Source: Roseibacillus sp. (GTDB taxonomy: Bacteria > Verrucomicrobiota > Verrucomicrobiia > Verrucomicrobiales > Akkermansiaceae). From it: a DNA stretch of 64,000 nt. Every line of letters begins with the position of its first letter. Position 1 is the first letter of the stretch. The stretch spans positions 128,001-192,000 of the forward strand of contig JBPOGI010000006.1 in NCBI GenBank assembly GCA_051251855.1, written 5' to 3'. A program made the translations under genes and the position numbers. Shown one piece after another: positions 26,408 to 35,789 of the stretch. The notes beneath the pieces are model-generated. The model had not been told where the DNA came from. It saw only the letters and a list, made by a program, of their open reading frames with translations, and did no database searches.

Positions 26408-27561
26408 GGGGTTGTGAGGGTGTAGGGACCGCTGATAGGTGCCGGCGAGGCGGTAAAGGCTGTTCCGGTCATTCGCCCATTGTCGGGGCCATCCGCGCCT
26501 AGCTTGAACCGGAGAGGAACAAAAGCGTCCGAAAGCACGAGGAGTGACGCGCCATAAGCATTGGTAAATTCTTGCCGGAATTCCGTGATGGGGGCGACAT
26601 TTGCATCAATAGCGATGGTTCCGATGGATGGGCTGTTAGCGGCATTGAGGGTGGCAACAAAGGTGTTCGAGCCGACCGTGAAGGTGAGGGTCTTGCCATG
26701 GTAGCTTGCGGGGGCCGGGGCCGATGCGGGCCAAGTGACAAGCGCGGATAAGGAGGGAGTGCGATAGAATTCACGCGGGAGATAGCTCTTCTCTAGGGGA
26801 GTTAAGGCTGTCTGACTGCTATCGAGAAAGCGTTCGGCACCACTCCAGTTGACGAGGTCGTTACTCTTCTCGATCGAGATAGAAGTGCCGGGAGGTTGGT
26901 CTAGGGTGATTTGACCATCTGCGGCTGAGAATTGGCGAGTCAGGGTGCTCACGGTAGGCAACTCCTCAGCAAATTCGTCGAAGGCCTCGGCGGTGCTACC
27001 GACTCTGCGAATCGTGACCGAGTTGATGATGACATCGGTGGTGGGAGAAGAGCCGCTGACGGGAGTGGCATGGATGGTGTCGATGACGGATTGCCCGGCT
27101 ACAGCGACGCTTCCAAAGATGGTGTGAATCCCGTTGAGATGGGTGGGAGTGTTTTCGGTGATGAAGAATTGGGAGCCGTTTGAGTTGGGGCCGGAATTGG
27201 CCATCGCGAGCAGGTAGGGGGTATCAAAGGCGAGGCCATTTGCGGTTTCATCAGGGAAGACGTATCCTGGGCCATCGGTGCCCTGGCCGTTGGGGGAACC
27301 CGCTTGGATGATGAAGTTGTCGATCACGCGGTGGAACTTGATACCGGTGTAATAGGGGGTGTTGCTTTGCAAAGCACCGGTAGTGGAATCGATCCATGGG
27401 CGGCTGCCCTCGGCGAGAATGATGAAGTTAGCGACGGTTTTGGGCGAGTTGACCTCGTCAAGTTGAACGGTGAAGTCTCCCAAGGTGGTTGAAAAATCAG
27501 CGAAGATTTGTCCATGAGCAGAGCTTGCCAAGAGGGAGAGAAGGAGAGGAATGTGCTTCAT
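26404..27561 (-). CDS. Secreted cyclophilin-type peptidyl-prolyl isomerase with C-terminal extension
   Basis: SPKTVANF, FHRVIDNFIIQAG, GPGY.F.DE, AMANSGPNSNGSQFFIT, HTIFG. Confidence 0.93.
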   Translation of the reverse strand: MKHIPLLLSLLASSAHGQIFADFSTTLGDFTVQLDEVNSPKTVANFIILAEGSRPWIDSTTGALQSNTPYYTGIKFHRVIDNFIIQAGSPNGQGTDGPGYVFPDETANGLAFDTPYLLAMANSGPNSNGSQFFITENTPTHLNGIHTIFGSVAVAGQSVIDTIHATPVSGSSPTTDVIINSVTIRRVGSTAEAFDEFAEELPTVSTLTRQFSAADGQITLDQPPGTSISIEKSNDLVNWSGAERFLDSSQTALTPLEKSYLPREFYRTPSLSALVTWPASAPAPASYHGKTLTFTVGSNTFVATLNAANSPSIGTIAIDANVAPITEFRQEFTNAYGASLLVLSDAFVPLRFKLGADGPDNGRMTGTAFTASPAPISGPYTLTTP

Positions 27562-27659
27562 AAGCAGAGAGGAAGGGGCACTTTAGGAAGAAAATTGCGA
27601 ATTGGAAATGTTAACCTCAGGGCTTGCACGGGGGGCCGAGTCCGAGTTGCTTGGAGCTT

Positions 27660-28391
27660 GTGAGCGATTCTTCTTCCGCCAAGGGGTGGGCCCTCTTTGA
27701 CCTCGATCAGACCATTGTGCCTTGGGATCTACAGGTGTGCTTCTGCAACTTTGTCCTGCGAAGGGAAGGGTGGCGACGGATTCTGTTGGTGCCGTTCTTT
27801 TTACTCCTTCCGTTGGCCAAAGTGCTGGGTTCGGAGGTGATGAAGAGGGTCTTTATGGGGTTCGCTTGGGGGATGGAGAAGGAAAGGCTCCTAGAATGGG
27901 GCAACGAGTTTGCAGACAAAGTCGCAGCAGAGCTCACTTATCCTGAGGTGATTGCTGAGATTGAACGCCATCGGAGTGAGGGACGAACGCTGGTTTTGGT
28001 TTCGGCCAGTCCGGAAACCTATGTCTCGCGCATTGGTGAGCAACTGGGCTTTGACCATGTCTTTGGCACTGTGGTGGAGGTAGGGGAGCGCTTGGCCTGG
28101 TTCCCGCCTTTTCCTCTTGGAAACAATAAAAAGGAGAACAAAGTCGTGAGACTGCGGGACGAGCTGGGTTTGGTGGGTGTCTTGCCCAATAGCGAAGGAT
28201 ATTCTGACAGCAAAGCCGACCTCCCGATGCTGGAGATGTGCGAAAAGGTAGTGGCGATTCATCCAGAGGGAATTTTGGCAGAAAAGGCGAAGGCCAATGG
28301 CTGGAGAGTGCTCACCCCCGACAAACCATGGCGAGATCGCAAGCAGTTTGCTTGGGATTGCTTGAAAATGATGCTGGGGCTCTATCGTTAG
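27660..28391 (+). CDS. HAD-IB family hydrolase
   Basis: FDLDQT, VSAS, YSDSKADLPML. Confidence 0.9.
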   Translation: MSDSSSAKGWALFDLDQTIVPWDLQVCFCNFVLRREGWRRILLVPFFLLLPLAKVLGSEVMKRVFMGFAWGMEKERLLEWGNEFADKVAAELTYPEVIAEIERHRSEGRTLVLVSASPETYVSRIGEQLGFDHVFGTVVEVGERLAWFPPFPLGNNKKENKVVRLRDELGLVGVLPNSEGYSDSKADLPMLEMCEKVVAIHPEGILAEKAKANGWRVLTPDKPWRDRKQFAWDCLKMMLGLYR

Positions 28392-28532
28392 AGGGGTGAC
28401 CGTCTTTCTTTCTTCGCTTTTTCCCTTTCGGAGGCACCAATGCGATGCTAACTGATTAGCAGTTCATGAAGCGAGAACGACGAGAAGCCATCACCGGGTG
28501 TGGGTCCACATCCAGCGTCAAGCCGAAGACAT

Positions 28533-28577
28533 ACCGTCTGACCGGAGCCCTAGGCTCGTAGCGTCGACGGTTTTTTT
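28533..28577 (+). terminator. Terminator-like hairpin in the leader of the ABC transporter operon (candidate attenuator)
   Basis: accgtc-tgac..gagcc-cta-ggctc..gtc-gacggt-tttttt, ~35 nt before the ATG at 28613. Confidence 0.6.
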
Positions 28578-28612
28578 GTGCTCGCCCATGAATCCTTCTT
28601 ATTAAAAAGAGT

Positions 28613-29518
28613 ATGAATACATTACTGAAAGTTGCCGCCCTCGGATCACTCGCCATTTTGGCCAGTTGTAAGCCCAAAGGCGAAGAACAAGCCAACGGAG
28701 AAGAAGCCAAAGGGGGAACTCTCGTCATTACCGCGATTCCTGACGAAAAGGTTTCTGACCAAGAAGCCAAGTTTGCGGCCTTGCAGGGCTATCTCAAAGA
28801 AGAGCTCGATATCGATGTGAGCTTCTCTATCTCGGCGGATTATCCAGCGGCGGTGCAACGCTTCAAAAACGGAGAGGTTCACCTCGTTTGGTTCGGTGGA
28901 CTCACTGGAGTGCAAGCTCGCGCGGCCGTTCCTGGTGCACGCGCCATTGCCCAAGGTGATGTCGATCCCAACTACGTGAGCTACTTCATCGCTCACAAGT
29001 CGACTGGCCTGACTAAGTCTGATGCTTTCCCAACTGCCATCAAGGACATGACCTTTACCTTTGGCAGCCCAAGCTCGACTTCAGGTCGCTTGATGCCGAC
29101 CTACTTCATCCAGCAAGAGACCGGAAAGTCTCCTGAAGATTTCTTCAGCAAGCCAGTTCAGTTCCAAGACAAGGGTAGTCACGATGCCACCGCACGCGCG
29201 GTTGCAAGTGGTTCGATTCAGGTGGGAGCTTTGAGTTACAAGAAGTATGATTCCATGGTGGCTGATGGTGAAATCAGCGCCGAAGACGCGCCCATCATTT
29301 GGACGACTCCCGATTATGCGGACTACAACCTCACCGTGCACCCCGCTTTGGAGGAAATGTTCGGAGAAGGCTTTATCGACAAGTTGCAGAAGTCTCTCGT
29401 GGACTGCACTGACAAGGAAGTCCTGAAGGCCTTCAACCGTGACGACCTGATTCCTGCCAAGAACGAAGACTTTGATGGCATCGTCAAGGTTGCGAAAGAG
29501 CTGGAGTTCATCCGCTAG
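28613..29518 (+). CDS. PhnD-like ABC substrate-binding lipoprotein (resembles the 'putative selenate' subfamily)
   Basis: Lipobox LASC, TAIPDE, WFGGLTGVQAR, FTFGS.SSTSGRLMP, HDAT, WTTP.Y.DY. Confidence 0.85.
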   Translation: MNTLLKVAALGSLAILASCKPKGEEQANGEEAKGGTLVITAIPDEKVSDQEAKFAALQGYLKEELDIDVSFSISADYPAAVQRFKNGEVHLVWFGGLTGVQARAAVPGARAIAQGDVDPNYVSYFIAHKSTGLTKSDAFPTAIKDMTFTFGSPSSTSGRLMPTYFIQQETGKSPEDFFSKPVQFQDKGSHDATARAVASGSIQVGALSYKKYDSMVADGEISAEDAPIIWTTPDYADYNLTVHPALEEMFGEGFIDKLQKSLVDCTDKEVLKAFNRDDLIPAKNEDFDGIVKVAKELEFIR

Positions 29519-29583
29519 TTCGCTCTCGAATCATCAAACCTTTGGCGAGCGGGGGAAGTCATCCTCCGCTCGTCTTTTTTACT

Positions 29584-30315
29584 ATGTTTCAGCTTCAGAA
29601 AGCCTCTCTCAGCTACGGCAGCACGCGTGCGTTGGCCGAGATGGATCTGAAGATTGGGGCGGGCGAGCAAGTTTGTCTGATCGGCCCAAGTGGGGCAGGG
29701 AAGACGAGCTTGCTCGCCCTCCTCAATGGACGGCGCTTTCCCACCGCAGGAGAAGTGGTCGTCGAGGGACAGCCGCTGAGTACCCTTTCGACTAAGGAGC
29801 TGCGGCAAGTGCGTTCCCATATTGCCTGGGTGCCGCAAGACCTCGGGCTTGTTCCGAATTTACGGGTGAATCAAAACGTGGCCTGCGGGCGCGTGGGGGA
29901 GAAGGGGACTTGGGGATTGATGCGCAGCTTTTTGGCGATGTCCAAGGTCGAGCGCGATGAGATTCATGTCCTTCTCCAACGCTTGGGTATTGGGGAAAAA
30001 CTCTACCAGCGCACTGATCACCTTTCTGGAGGGCAGCAGCAGCGGGTCGCGGTTGCGCGAGCTCTTTTTCAAAAGCCGAAAGCGATTCTTGCCGACGAGC
30101 CGGTGAGTGCGGTTGACCCTGAGCGAGCGCGCGACTTGATGAAATTACTCACCAGCGTAGCCCGTGAAGAAGGGCTTTCCTTGGTTGCCAGCTTGCACGA
30201 TTTGTCGCTGGCTCGAAGTTGCTTCGACCGCGTGATTGGATTGAGGGAGGGCGAGGTGGTCTTCGATGGTCAGGCCAGCGAGCCGGAGGTTGAGAAACTT
30301 TATCGACTCTCATGA
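29584..30315 (+). CDS. PhnC-like ABC ATPase
   Basis: GPSGAGKT, LSGGQQQRVAVARAL, ADEPVSAVDP, SLH. Confidence 0.92.
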   Translation: MFQLQKASLSYGSTRALAEMDLKIGAGEQVCLIGPSGAGKTSLLALLNGRRFPTAGEVVVEGQPLSTLSTKELRQVRSHIAWVPQDLGLVPNLRVNQNVACGRVGEKGTWGLMRSFLAMSKVERDEIHVLLQRLGIGEKLYQRTDHLSGGQQQRVAVARALFQKPKAILADEPVSAVDPERARDLMKLLTSVAREEGLSLVASLHDLSLARSCFDRVIGLREGEVVFDGQASEPEVEKLYRLS

Positions 30316-32048
30316 AGCGTCGCTGGTTTCTTTTAGCTGCCTGCCTGGTTTTTCTAACTGGGCTATGGATTCTGGGAGCCCATCCCCGTGACTTGATTCC
30401 TTCACCGGCCGGCCAGGCCCTCGCTGGGGAATTTGCCAAAACCGCTTTTCAGCCTGCTTTGGATTTTGAGGCGGTTGAGATGAGAGAAAGTGGAGCGAGT
30501 TTTGTAGGGAAAGTCTTCACCGCACTCTGGCTGACTGTTCGCTACGCGGCGGTGGCGATGAGTCTCGCTCTGGTGATTGGGGTGGTGGGTGGAGTCTTGG
30601 GCGCGCGCAGCTGGTGGACTCGTTCGACGCCGCTGTTAGAATTTTTTCGGCGAGGAGTTCGTCTGTTGGCCACGGCGGTACGATCTGTTCACGAGCTCAT
30701 GTGGGCGTTGCTTTTTATCTCTGCGGTGGGAACTTCTCCCATTGCTGCAGTGCTGGCGTTGGCGCTGCCGTATGGTGGCACTTTGGCTAAGGTGTTCTCC
30801 GAGCTACTGGATGAAGCGCATTCGTCGGCCAGCGAAGTGATGCGAGCGACAGGCGGAAGTGGCTTTGCGGCTTTCTCGGGTGGAGTGGTGATGCGTGCGT
30901 TGCCGGATTTGATTACTTATGCGCTCTATCGTTTTGAGTGTGCCATTCGGTCTTCTGCGGTGTTGGGTTTTGTGGGGATTCCGACCATTGGTTATCACAT
31001 CACCACTTCATACGAAGATGGTCATTGGCGCGAGATTTGGACTTATCTCTACGCGCTGATTATTGTGGTGCTTTTGTTCGAGTGGATGGGTTCCCGAGTT
31101 CGGGAGGTGATGGCGAAGGGTGCACCCGCGCGCACGGTGGCTGCACCGGAACACTCGATGGACGCGCTCAAGAAGTCCCGTCCGCGAAGCTATTTTCTAC
31201 GAGGGGCTGCTCTTTTTGTCGTTCTCTTGACTGCAGCCAGCTGGTTCTTCGAGTCGGACTGGACATCGGGAGTGAGCGCCGAGCGTCGTCTGGAGAACTT
31301 ACAGAGATTCTCCCTCGAGTTGGTTCCCTTTCCCATGCGTGATTCGGGCGATTGGAGCGCTCTGGGACCTTGGTTGAAGGAGTTGTTGCTGTGGGATGGT
31401 CTCGATGCCTTGTGGCGAACGTTACATTTAGGAACTTCGGCTGCGCTTTTGGCGGGGGCAGTGGCTTTGGTGGGGATGCTTTGGGGTTCTCGCAGTCTGG
31501 CTACGGATCAGCCTCGGGGAATTTTCCTCGGTGGTGGCGTTGGCAGAAAATTATTGGGGCGTTTTGTCCGTGGAGCAGCGGTGCTTTCGCGTTCCATGCC
31601 TGAGTTCATTCTGGCCTTCCTTCTTCTGCAGATTTTTGGTCCTACCATCTGGGCTCTGATTCTCGCGCTGGCGGTTCACAATGCGGGGATTCTTCTGAGG
31701 CTTGGAGCCGAGGTTGTCGATAATGCCTCCAGCCGAGGTGCGGAAGTGATTCTTCTGCAGGGCGGTGGTAGGACGAGTGCTTACTTCGGAGCCCTTTTGC
31801 CCGAGGGGTTCAATCGACTGGTTCTCTTTCTCTTCTATCGTTGGGAAACCTGTATTCGGGAAGCGACGATGTTGGGAATGTTGGGAGTAGGGTCGCTCGG
31901 TTTTCTGATTTCAGAGGCGGGGGTTCGCTTCTATTACGACGAGATGATTCTTTGGGTGGTTTTGGGTGGTTCGCTTGTTTTTGCGGGCGACCTGGCCTCG
32001 GACTTCGTGCGTGCCAAGTTGAGGGCAGGGGTGAAAGTCTGTTCCTAA
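30312..32048 (+). CDS. Fused double PhnE/PtxC-like ABC permease
   Basis: Two repeats: RSVHE...YRFECAIR and RSMPE...YRWETCIR. Confidence 0.88.
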   Translation: MKRRWFLLAACLVFLTGLWILGAHPRDLIPSPAGQALAGEFAKTAFQPALDFEAVEMRESGASFVGKVFTALWLTVRYAAVAMSLALVIGVVGGVLGARSWWTRSTPLLEFFRRGVRLLATAVRSVHELMWALLFISAVGTSPIAAVLALALPYGGTLAKVFSELLDEAHSSASEVMRATGGSGFAAFSGGVVMRALPDLITYALYRFECAIRSSAVLGFVGIPTIGYHITTSYEDGHWREIWTYLYALIIVVLLFEWMGSRVREVMAKGAPARTVAAPEHSMDALKKSRPRSYFLRGAALFVVLLTAASWFFESDWTSGVSAERRLENLQRFSLELVPFPMRDSGDWSALGPWLKELLLWDGLDALWRTLHLGTSAALLAGAVALVGMLWGSRSLATDQPRGIFLGGGVGRKLLGRFVRGAAVLSRSMPEFILAFLLLQIFGPTIWALILALAVHNAGILLRLGAEVVDNASSRGAEVILLQGGGRTSAYFGALLPEGFNRLVLFLFYRWETCIREATMLGMLGVGSLGFLISEAGVRFYYDEMILWVVLGGSLVFAGDLASDFVRAKLRAGVKVCS

Positions 32049-32057
32049 GCCTGTGGG

Positions 32058-34484
32058 CTACAATTCGATTTTCTCGATTTGTGCGTTGAGTAGGTCGAAA
32101 GGCCTGAGCCGAAATGCTTTTGCAAGAACCATGTCAGGCAAGGTGGCGATGCGGGTGTTGTAGGTCTCCACGGAGTCGTTGAAGGAGGTGGAGGCGAAGG
32201 CGATTTCGTTTTCGCAGATGGCGAGCTGGCGGGCGAGTTTGTTGAGGGTCTCACCTGCAGCGAGGTCGGGGTAGGCTTCGGCGAGGCCGAGAAGTCGCTG
32301 CGAGACTTGGTGAGTAGAGGTGAGCTTTTTGCCAAAGCCTCGCGCGGAATCGGGGCGCTGAGCTTTCACTCGCAGCTGGGCAATGTCTTCTTGGAGATTC
32401 TTTTCGTGGGCGAGGGTTGTCTTTGCGATTTCGTTTAAGGCGGGAATGAGGTCGCTGCGTTTTTGCAAGGCGACTTCAATGTTAGACCAAGCGCGCTTGG
32501 CTCTTTCGCGAAGAAAAACGAGGTCGTTGTAGTGGAGGAGAATCGCAAAAAGAATCATGAGTGCAGGACCAATGGCGGCGGCTGCGAGATAGCTGGCAGG
32601 ATTGAAAGCGCCCATGGTGGCAAAGAGCATGAGGCCTGCAAAAAGGACTGCGGAGAAGGTGAGGCAGAGAATGAGGGACGCGGCCATTCCTCCTCGCCGC
32701 AAGAGGCTGTTCTCGCAGAACGAGGAGAGGATGAAGGGAGCTGCTGAGAAAGAGAGGGCTTTGCTTTCAGGCTTGGCGACCAAGAGCGAGTCGCCCGTGT
32801 CTTCGTCGAGTCTCGCGTAGCCGAGGGCGTGGAGGGGATCGCCGAGTTTGAGAAAGCGCTCGGTATGTGCTTGGCGGCCTTCGCGGCGAGAGAAAGTTTG
32901 CCAGCACTTCATATTGGCGCCCTCGGGGTCGATGGGGATGGCTCCACTTTGGTCTCTGCAAAGGAAGCGTTGCTTTTGGGTTTCGTTATGAATGGTGACC
33001 CACTTGGCGTTCTTGCCCGAGCCGCGCTTCTCTTTGATGGTATAGTGAAAGTAGGTGCACGGTTTGCCAGAGAGCGGGGCAGTGAGGCTCCCAGTCCCGT
33101 CGGGGAGGTCGACGAATCCACCAATCTCTGTAAGTCCATAGCTGACCCCGGCGGCTGGGGTGGTAGGGAGGTTCTCTAACAGTCTCTTCCGAAGGATGGT
33201 GCGGAATCCAAAAAAGAAGGAGGCGAGTCCCAAGGCTAAGGAGACGCAAATGCCGACGATGCCTGCGACTTGAGAGATTTTTGCGGGGATGAATTTTTGG
33301 TCGAGCTTTTGAAGGAAGTCCTCATCACGTGGGGTGAGAGGAACCTCTGGGGTCGCTGGGAGGTTGAGAAAGGGGACGAGGAGAGTGTAAGGAAAGCTCT
33401 CGCTCTGGGCCTCTACTCGTCTGGTGGCCGAGGCGAAGTCGATGCGCACTCTGCGGAGGCGTGTTCGAGTTTTGGCGGGAACTTGTTGGTAATCCGAGAC
33501 GTCGCCTAGGGTGCTCCATGAGCCATCCCAGCTGGCCTGATGGGCGGTGAGCTCCTTTTGAAATAATTCTCGCACGATGACTTCTTGGCGCTGGATGCGA
33601 TCATGGGCGGTGACGAGATCTGACTTCATCATGCGAAAACCTTGGTAGAAAAGCACGCTGCTAACGACGAAGCTGAGAAGGCCAAAGAAGAGGAGAATGC
33701 GATGAAGACCGAGTAGGCCAAATAGGAGGGAGGCTGCACCGGCGAGGAGGCCGAGGCCCAACCAGCAGAGCCAAATGGAACCGATAGACTTGGAGTTGCG
33801 CTCTCCTTGTTCTGACTTCTCAGAAATGATGGGAGTGTAGTCACCTTCCTTGTCAAAGATGATGTGGGTCGAATTGGTTTCTTTGACTTGTTCGAGAAGT
33901 CCGAAGATGAAGAGGCGGTCGCCGGGGTCGATGCGGTGCTCGGTGTAGCGGTAGCGACCACTTTGACGTCGATGTGATTGCTCAATATTGAAATCGATCC
34001 CTTGGGAGGGTTCGACTCGAACGAGGCCTGAGCCGTCGCGGAGGTCGAAGGGCACGAATTCGGTTCGGCTATCGACGGTGACCCAGGTGGTGTCGCCGTC
34101 GGAGTCCTTGTCCTCTCGTTCTTTGAGATAGCTGAAGTAGAGACATTCAGTGCTGGAATCTGGCGCGGAAAGGAGCCGTCCGTTCGGCTCGGCTTGGCGG
34201 GCCCGACCTGCGAGGTTGACTTCGCCGGGAACGGCTGCTGCGACGGAGGTCTGGGGAATGCGGGCAATCTGGCGAACCTCTGCGATGCGTTTGTAGCTGC
34301 AGGTTTGGAGAAAGATGCCGCCAATTACCAAGCCGATGAGGGCGAGGATTTTTAAGAGGTAGAATTTTTGCTTTCCAAGGCTTTCTTTCGGAGGATTGCA
34401 AATGGAGCAAGTGGTCCCGGCGTGGTTTGCGCTTGGGAAGGGTGTTCCGCATTTTTCGCAATCGAGAATTGCCTTCTGAGACAT
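32058..34484 (-). CDS. Membrane protein with N-terminal Zn ribbon, two GIDE-like domains and a C-terminal LemA domain
   Basis: CxxC..CxxC. Two 'P....G..E/N..G...L.AP....C.YF.Y...E' repeats. LemA motifs AWSNIEVALQKRSDLIP, AEAYPDL, ENEIA, YNTRI. Confidence 0.8.
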   Translation of the reverse strand: MSQKAILDCEKCGTPFPSANHAGTTCSICNPPKESLGKQKFYLLKILALIGLVIGGIFLQTCSYKRIAEVRQIARIPQTSVAAAVPGEVNLAGRARQAEPNGRLLSAPDSSTECLYFSYLKEREDKDSDGDTTWVTVDSRTEFVPFDLRDGSGLVRVEPSQGIDFNIEQSHRRQSGRYRYTEHRIDPGDRLFIFGLLEQVKETNSTHIIFDKEGDYTPIISEKSEQGERNSKSIGSIWLCWLGLGLLAGAASLLFGLLGLHRILLFFGLLSFVVSSVLFYQGFRMMKSDLVTAHDRIQRQEVIVRELFQKELTAHQASWDGSWSTLGDVSDYQQVPAKTRTRLRRVRIDFASATRRVEAQSESFPYTLLVPFLNLPATPEVPLTPRDEDFLQKLDQKFIPAKISQVAGIVGICVSLALGLASFFFGFRTILRKRLLENLPTTPAAGVSYGLTEIGGFVDLPDGTGSLTAPLSGKPCTYFHYTIKEKRGSGKNAKWVTIHNETQKQRFLCRDQSGAIPIDPEGANMKCWQTFSRREGRQAHTERFLKLGDPLHALGYARLDEDTGDSLLVAKPESKALSFSAAPFILSSFCENSLLRRGGMAASLILCLTFSAVLFAGLMLFATMGAFNPASYLAAAAIGPALMILFAILLHYNDLVFLRERAKRAWSNIEVALQKRSDLIPALNEIAKTTLAHEKNLQEDIAQLRVKAQRPDSARGFGKKLTSTHQVSQRLLGLAEAYPDLAAGETLNKLARQLAICENEIAFASTSFNDSVETYNTRIATLPDMVLAKAFRLRPFDLLNAQIEKIEL

Positions 34485-34550
34485 GCGGGTAGTCTGCCGT
34501 CTTTGGCAGAAGTTGCGAAGTGAAAAGGTGGATTCGAAATCCAAGGCGTA

Positions 34551-34582
34551 CAAAAAGAGAGGGCCCGAAGACCCTCTCTTTG
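34551..34582 (-). terminator. Intrinsic terminator after trxA
   Basis: aaaaagagaggg-cccgaaga-ccctctcttt. Confidence 0.75.
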
Positions 34583-34607
34583 AAAAAATGCTTGCTTGTG
34601 GAATCCG

Positions 34608-34934
34608 TTAGGAGAGGAGCGCCTTGAGAGCGTCCTTACTGGAGACTCCGGTTTTGCGTTCAACCTCTTCGCCGTTCTTGAGGACGAGGAAGGTGGGAAT
34701 GGATTGCACTCCGAACTTCTGCGCCAGAGCGGGGCTCTCGTCGACGTTCACCTTCGCAATTGTAGCCTCGCCGGCCAAATCTTGAGCGAGTTGCTCAAGG
34801 ACGGGGTTCATCTGCTTACAAGGGCCACACCATTCTGCCCAGAAGTCGACGAGCACGGGTCCAGTCGCTTTGGAAAGTTCAAATTCGAAGTTATCAGCAT
34901 TCAGCTTTTTGATTTCGTTTTTTTCTGTAGTCAT
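34608..34934 (-). CDS. trxA: Thioredoxin
   Basis: VDFWAEWCGPCK, IPT. Confidence 0.96.
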   Translation of the reverse strand: MTTEKNEIKKLNADNFEFELSKATGPVLVDFWAEWCGPCKQMNPVLEQLAQDLAGEATIAKVNVDESPALAQKFGVQSIPTFLVLKNGEEVERKTGVSSKDALKALLS

Positions 34935-34990
34935 CGTTTTATCCTTTAGACATGGATGAGAGTGATGGCTCGTGAACTTTATTCCCGAGC

Positions 34991-35647
34991 TTAGAGATTT
35001 GATTGAATTTGACGTTTGAAGGCGGCCCACTTGGCACCGTATTTGTTACCGTCGAGCAGCGGCTTAGGGCAGGCTTTGAAGCCGAGATTTTTTCCGTCGG
35101 AGTAGCGAATGCGTTCCCAGTTGTTGTGGCCGACGACGCGGCTGATGGGGATGTTGTGCTGCCTCATAAGCTGGGCAACAAGCTTGGCGGTCCGGGCCTT
35201 GGTGGCGGTGAAGGAGCCGTCGCGGTTCTCACACATTTCGATGCCAATGGAGTATTTGTTACCGGTGCCTTCATAGTCGGCGTGTTGGCCTTGCTCGTTG
35301 GTGGGGAGGCTTTGGTAGATTTCTCTGGAGTCGACGCTGAAGTGCCAGGTGAGATAGCCAAGAGAGTTGTTCTTGGATTTGAGGCCGCCTCGTTTGAGGA
35401 TTTTGGCATGAGTACGCGCGCCGGCTCCAGAACCGTAGCTCTGGGTGGTGTGGACGGTGATGTAGCGAGGGGACATCGACCGCATCTGGTGGCGCCCATA
35501 TTGGCCGGGGGTGACCATGAGGGAGACGTTGACTCCGGCGGGAGTGGAATGATCGTGGCGAGTGAATCCACCACCACCGCCGCCTGAACTGGAAGGTCCG
35601 CAAGTGGCGAGCAGGAGGGGAAGGGCAAGAGCGAGGAGTTTCTTCAT
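34991..35647 (-). CDS. N-acetylmuramoyl-L-alanine amidase (Amidase_2) lipoprotein
   Basis: LATC lipobox, ITVHTT, WHFSVD, HA.....GN..SIGIEMC, VVGH, KACP. Confidence 0.9.
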   Translation of the reverse strand: MKKLLALALPLLLATCGPSSSGGGGGGFTRHDHSTPAGVNVSLMVTPGQYGRHQMRSMSPRYITVHTTQSYGSGAGARTHAKILKRGGLKSKNNSLGYLTWHFSVDSREIYQSLPTNEQGQHADYEGTGNKYSIGIEMCENRDGSFTATKARTAKLVAQLMRQHNIPISRVVGHNNWERIRYSDGKNLGFKACPKPLLDGNKYGAKWAAFKRQIQSNL

Positions 35648-35789
35648 GATTTCGCTGGAAATCTTGAACTCACCCTCGGCTTTTATCGAGTTCTCTTTTT
35701 GAGTGAGTAAGGAGACTCAACCACGAAGAAAGGTGTGCAGAAAATTACAGTAGCCAGAGCAGACGTAGCGGATTAGTTTACAGGTTCTT

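Noticed and set aside
28505..28545. Cobalamin riboswitch (AAGCCGAAGAC resembles part of the B12 box)
   Set aside because: The other conserved elements (GGGAA, GCCACTG) are not present.
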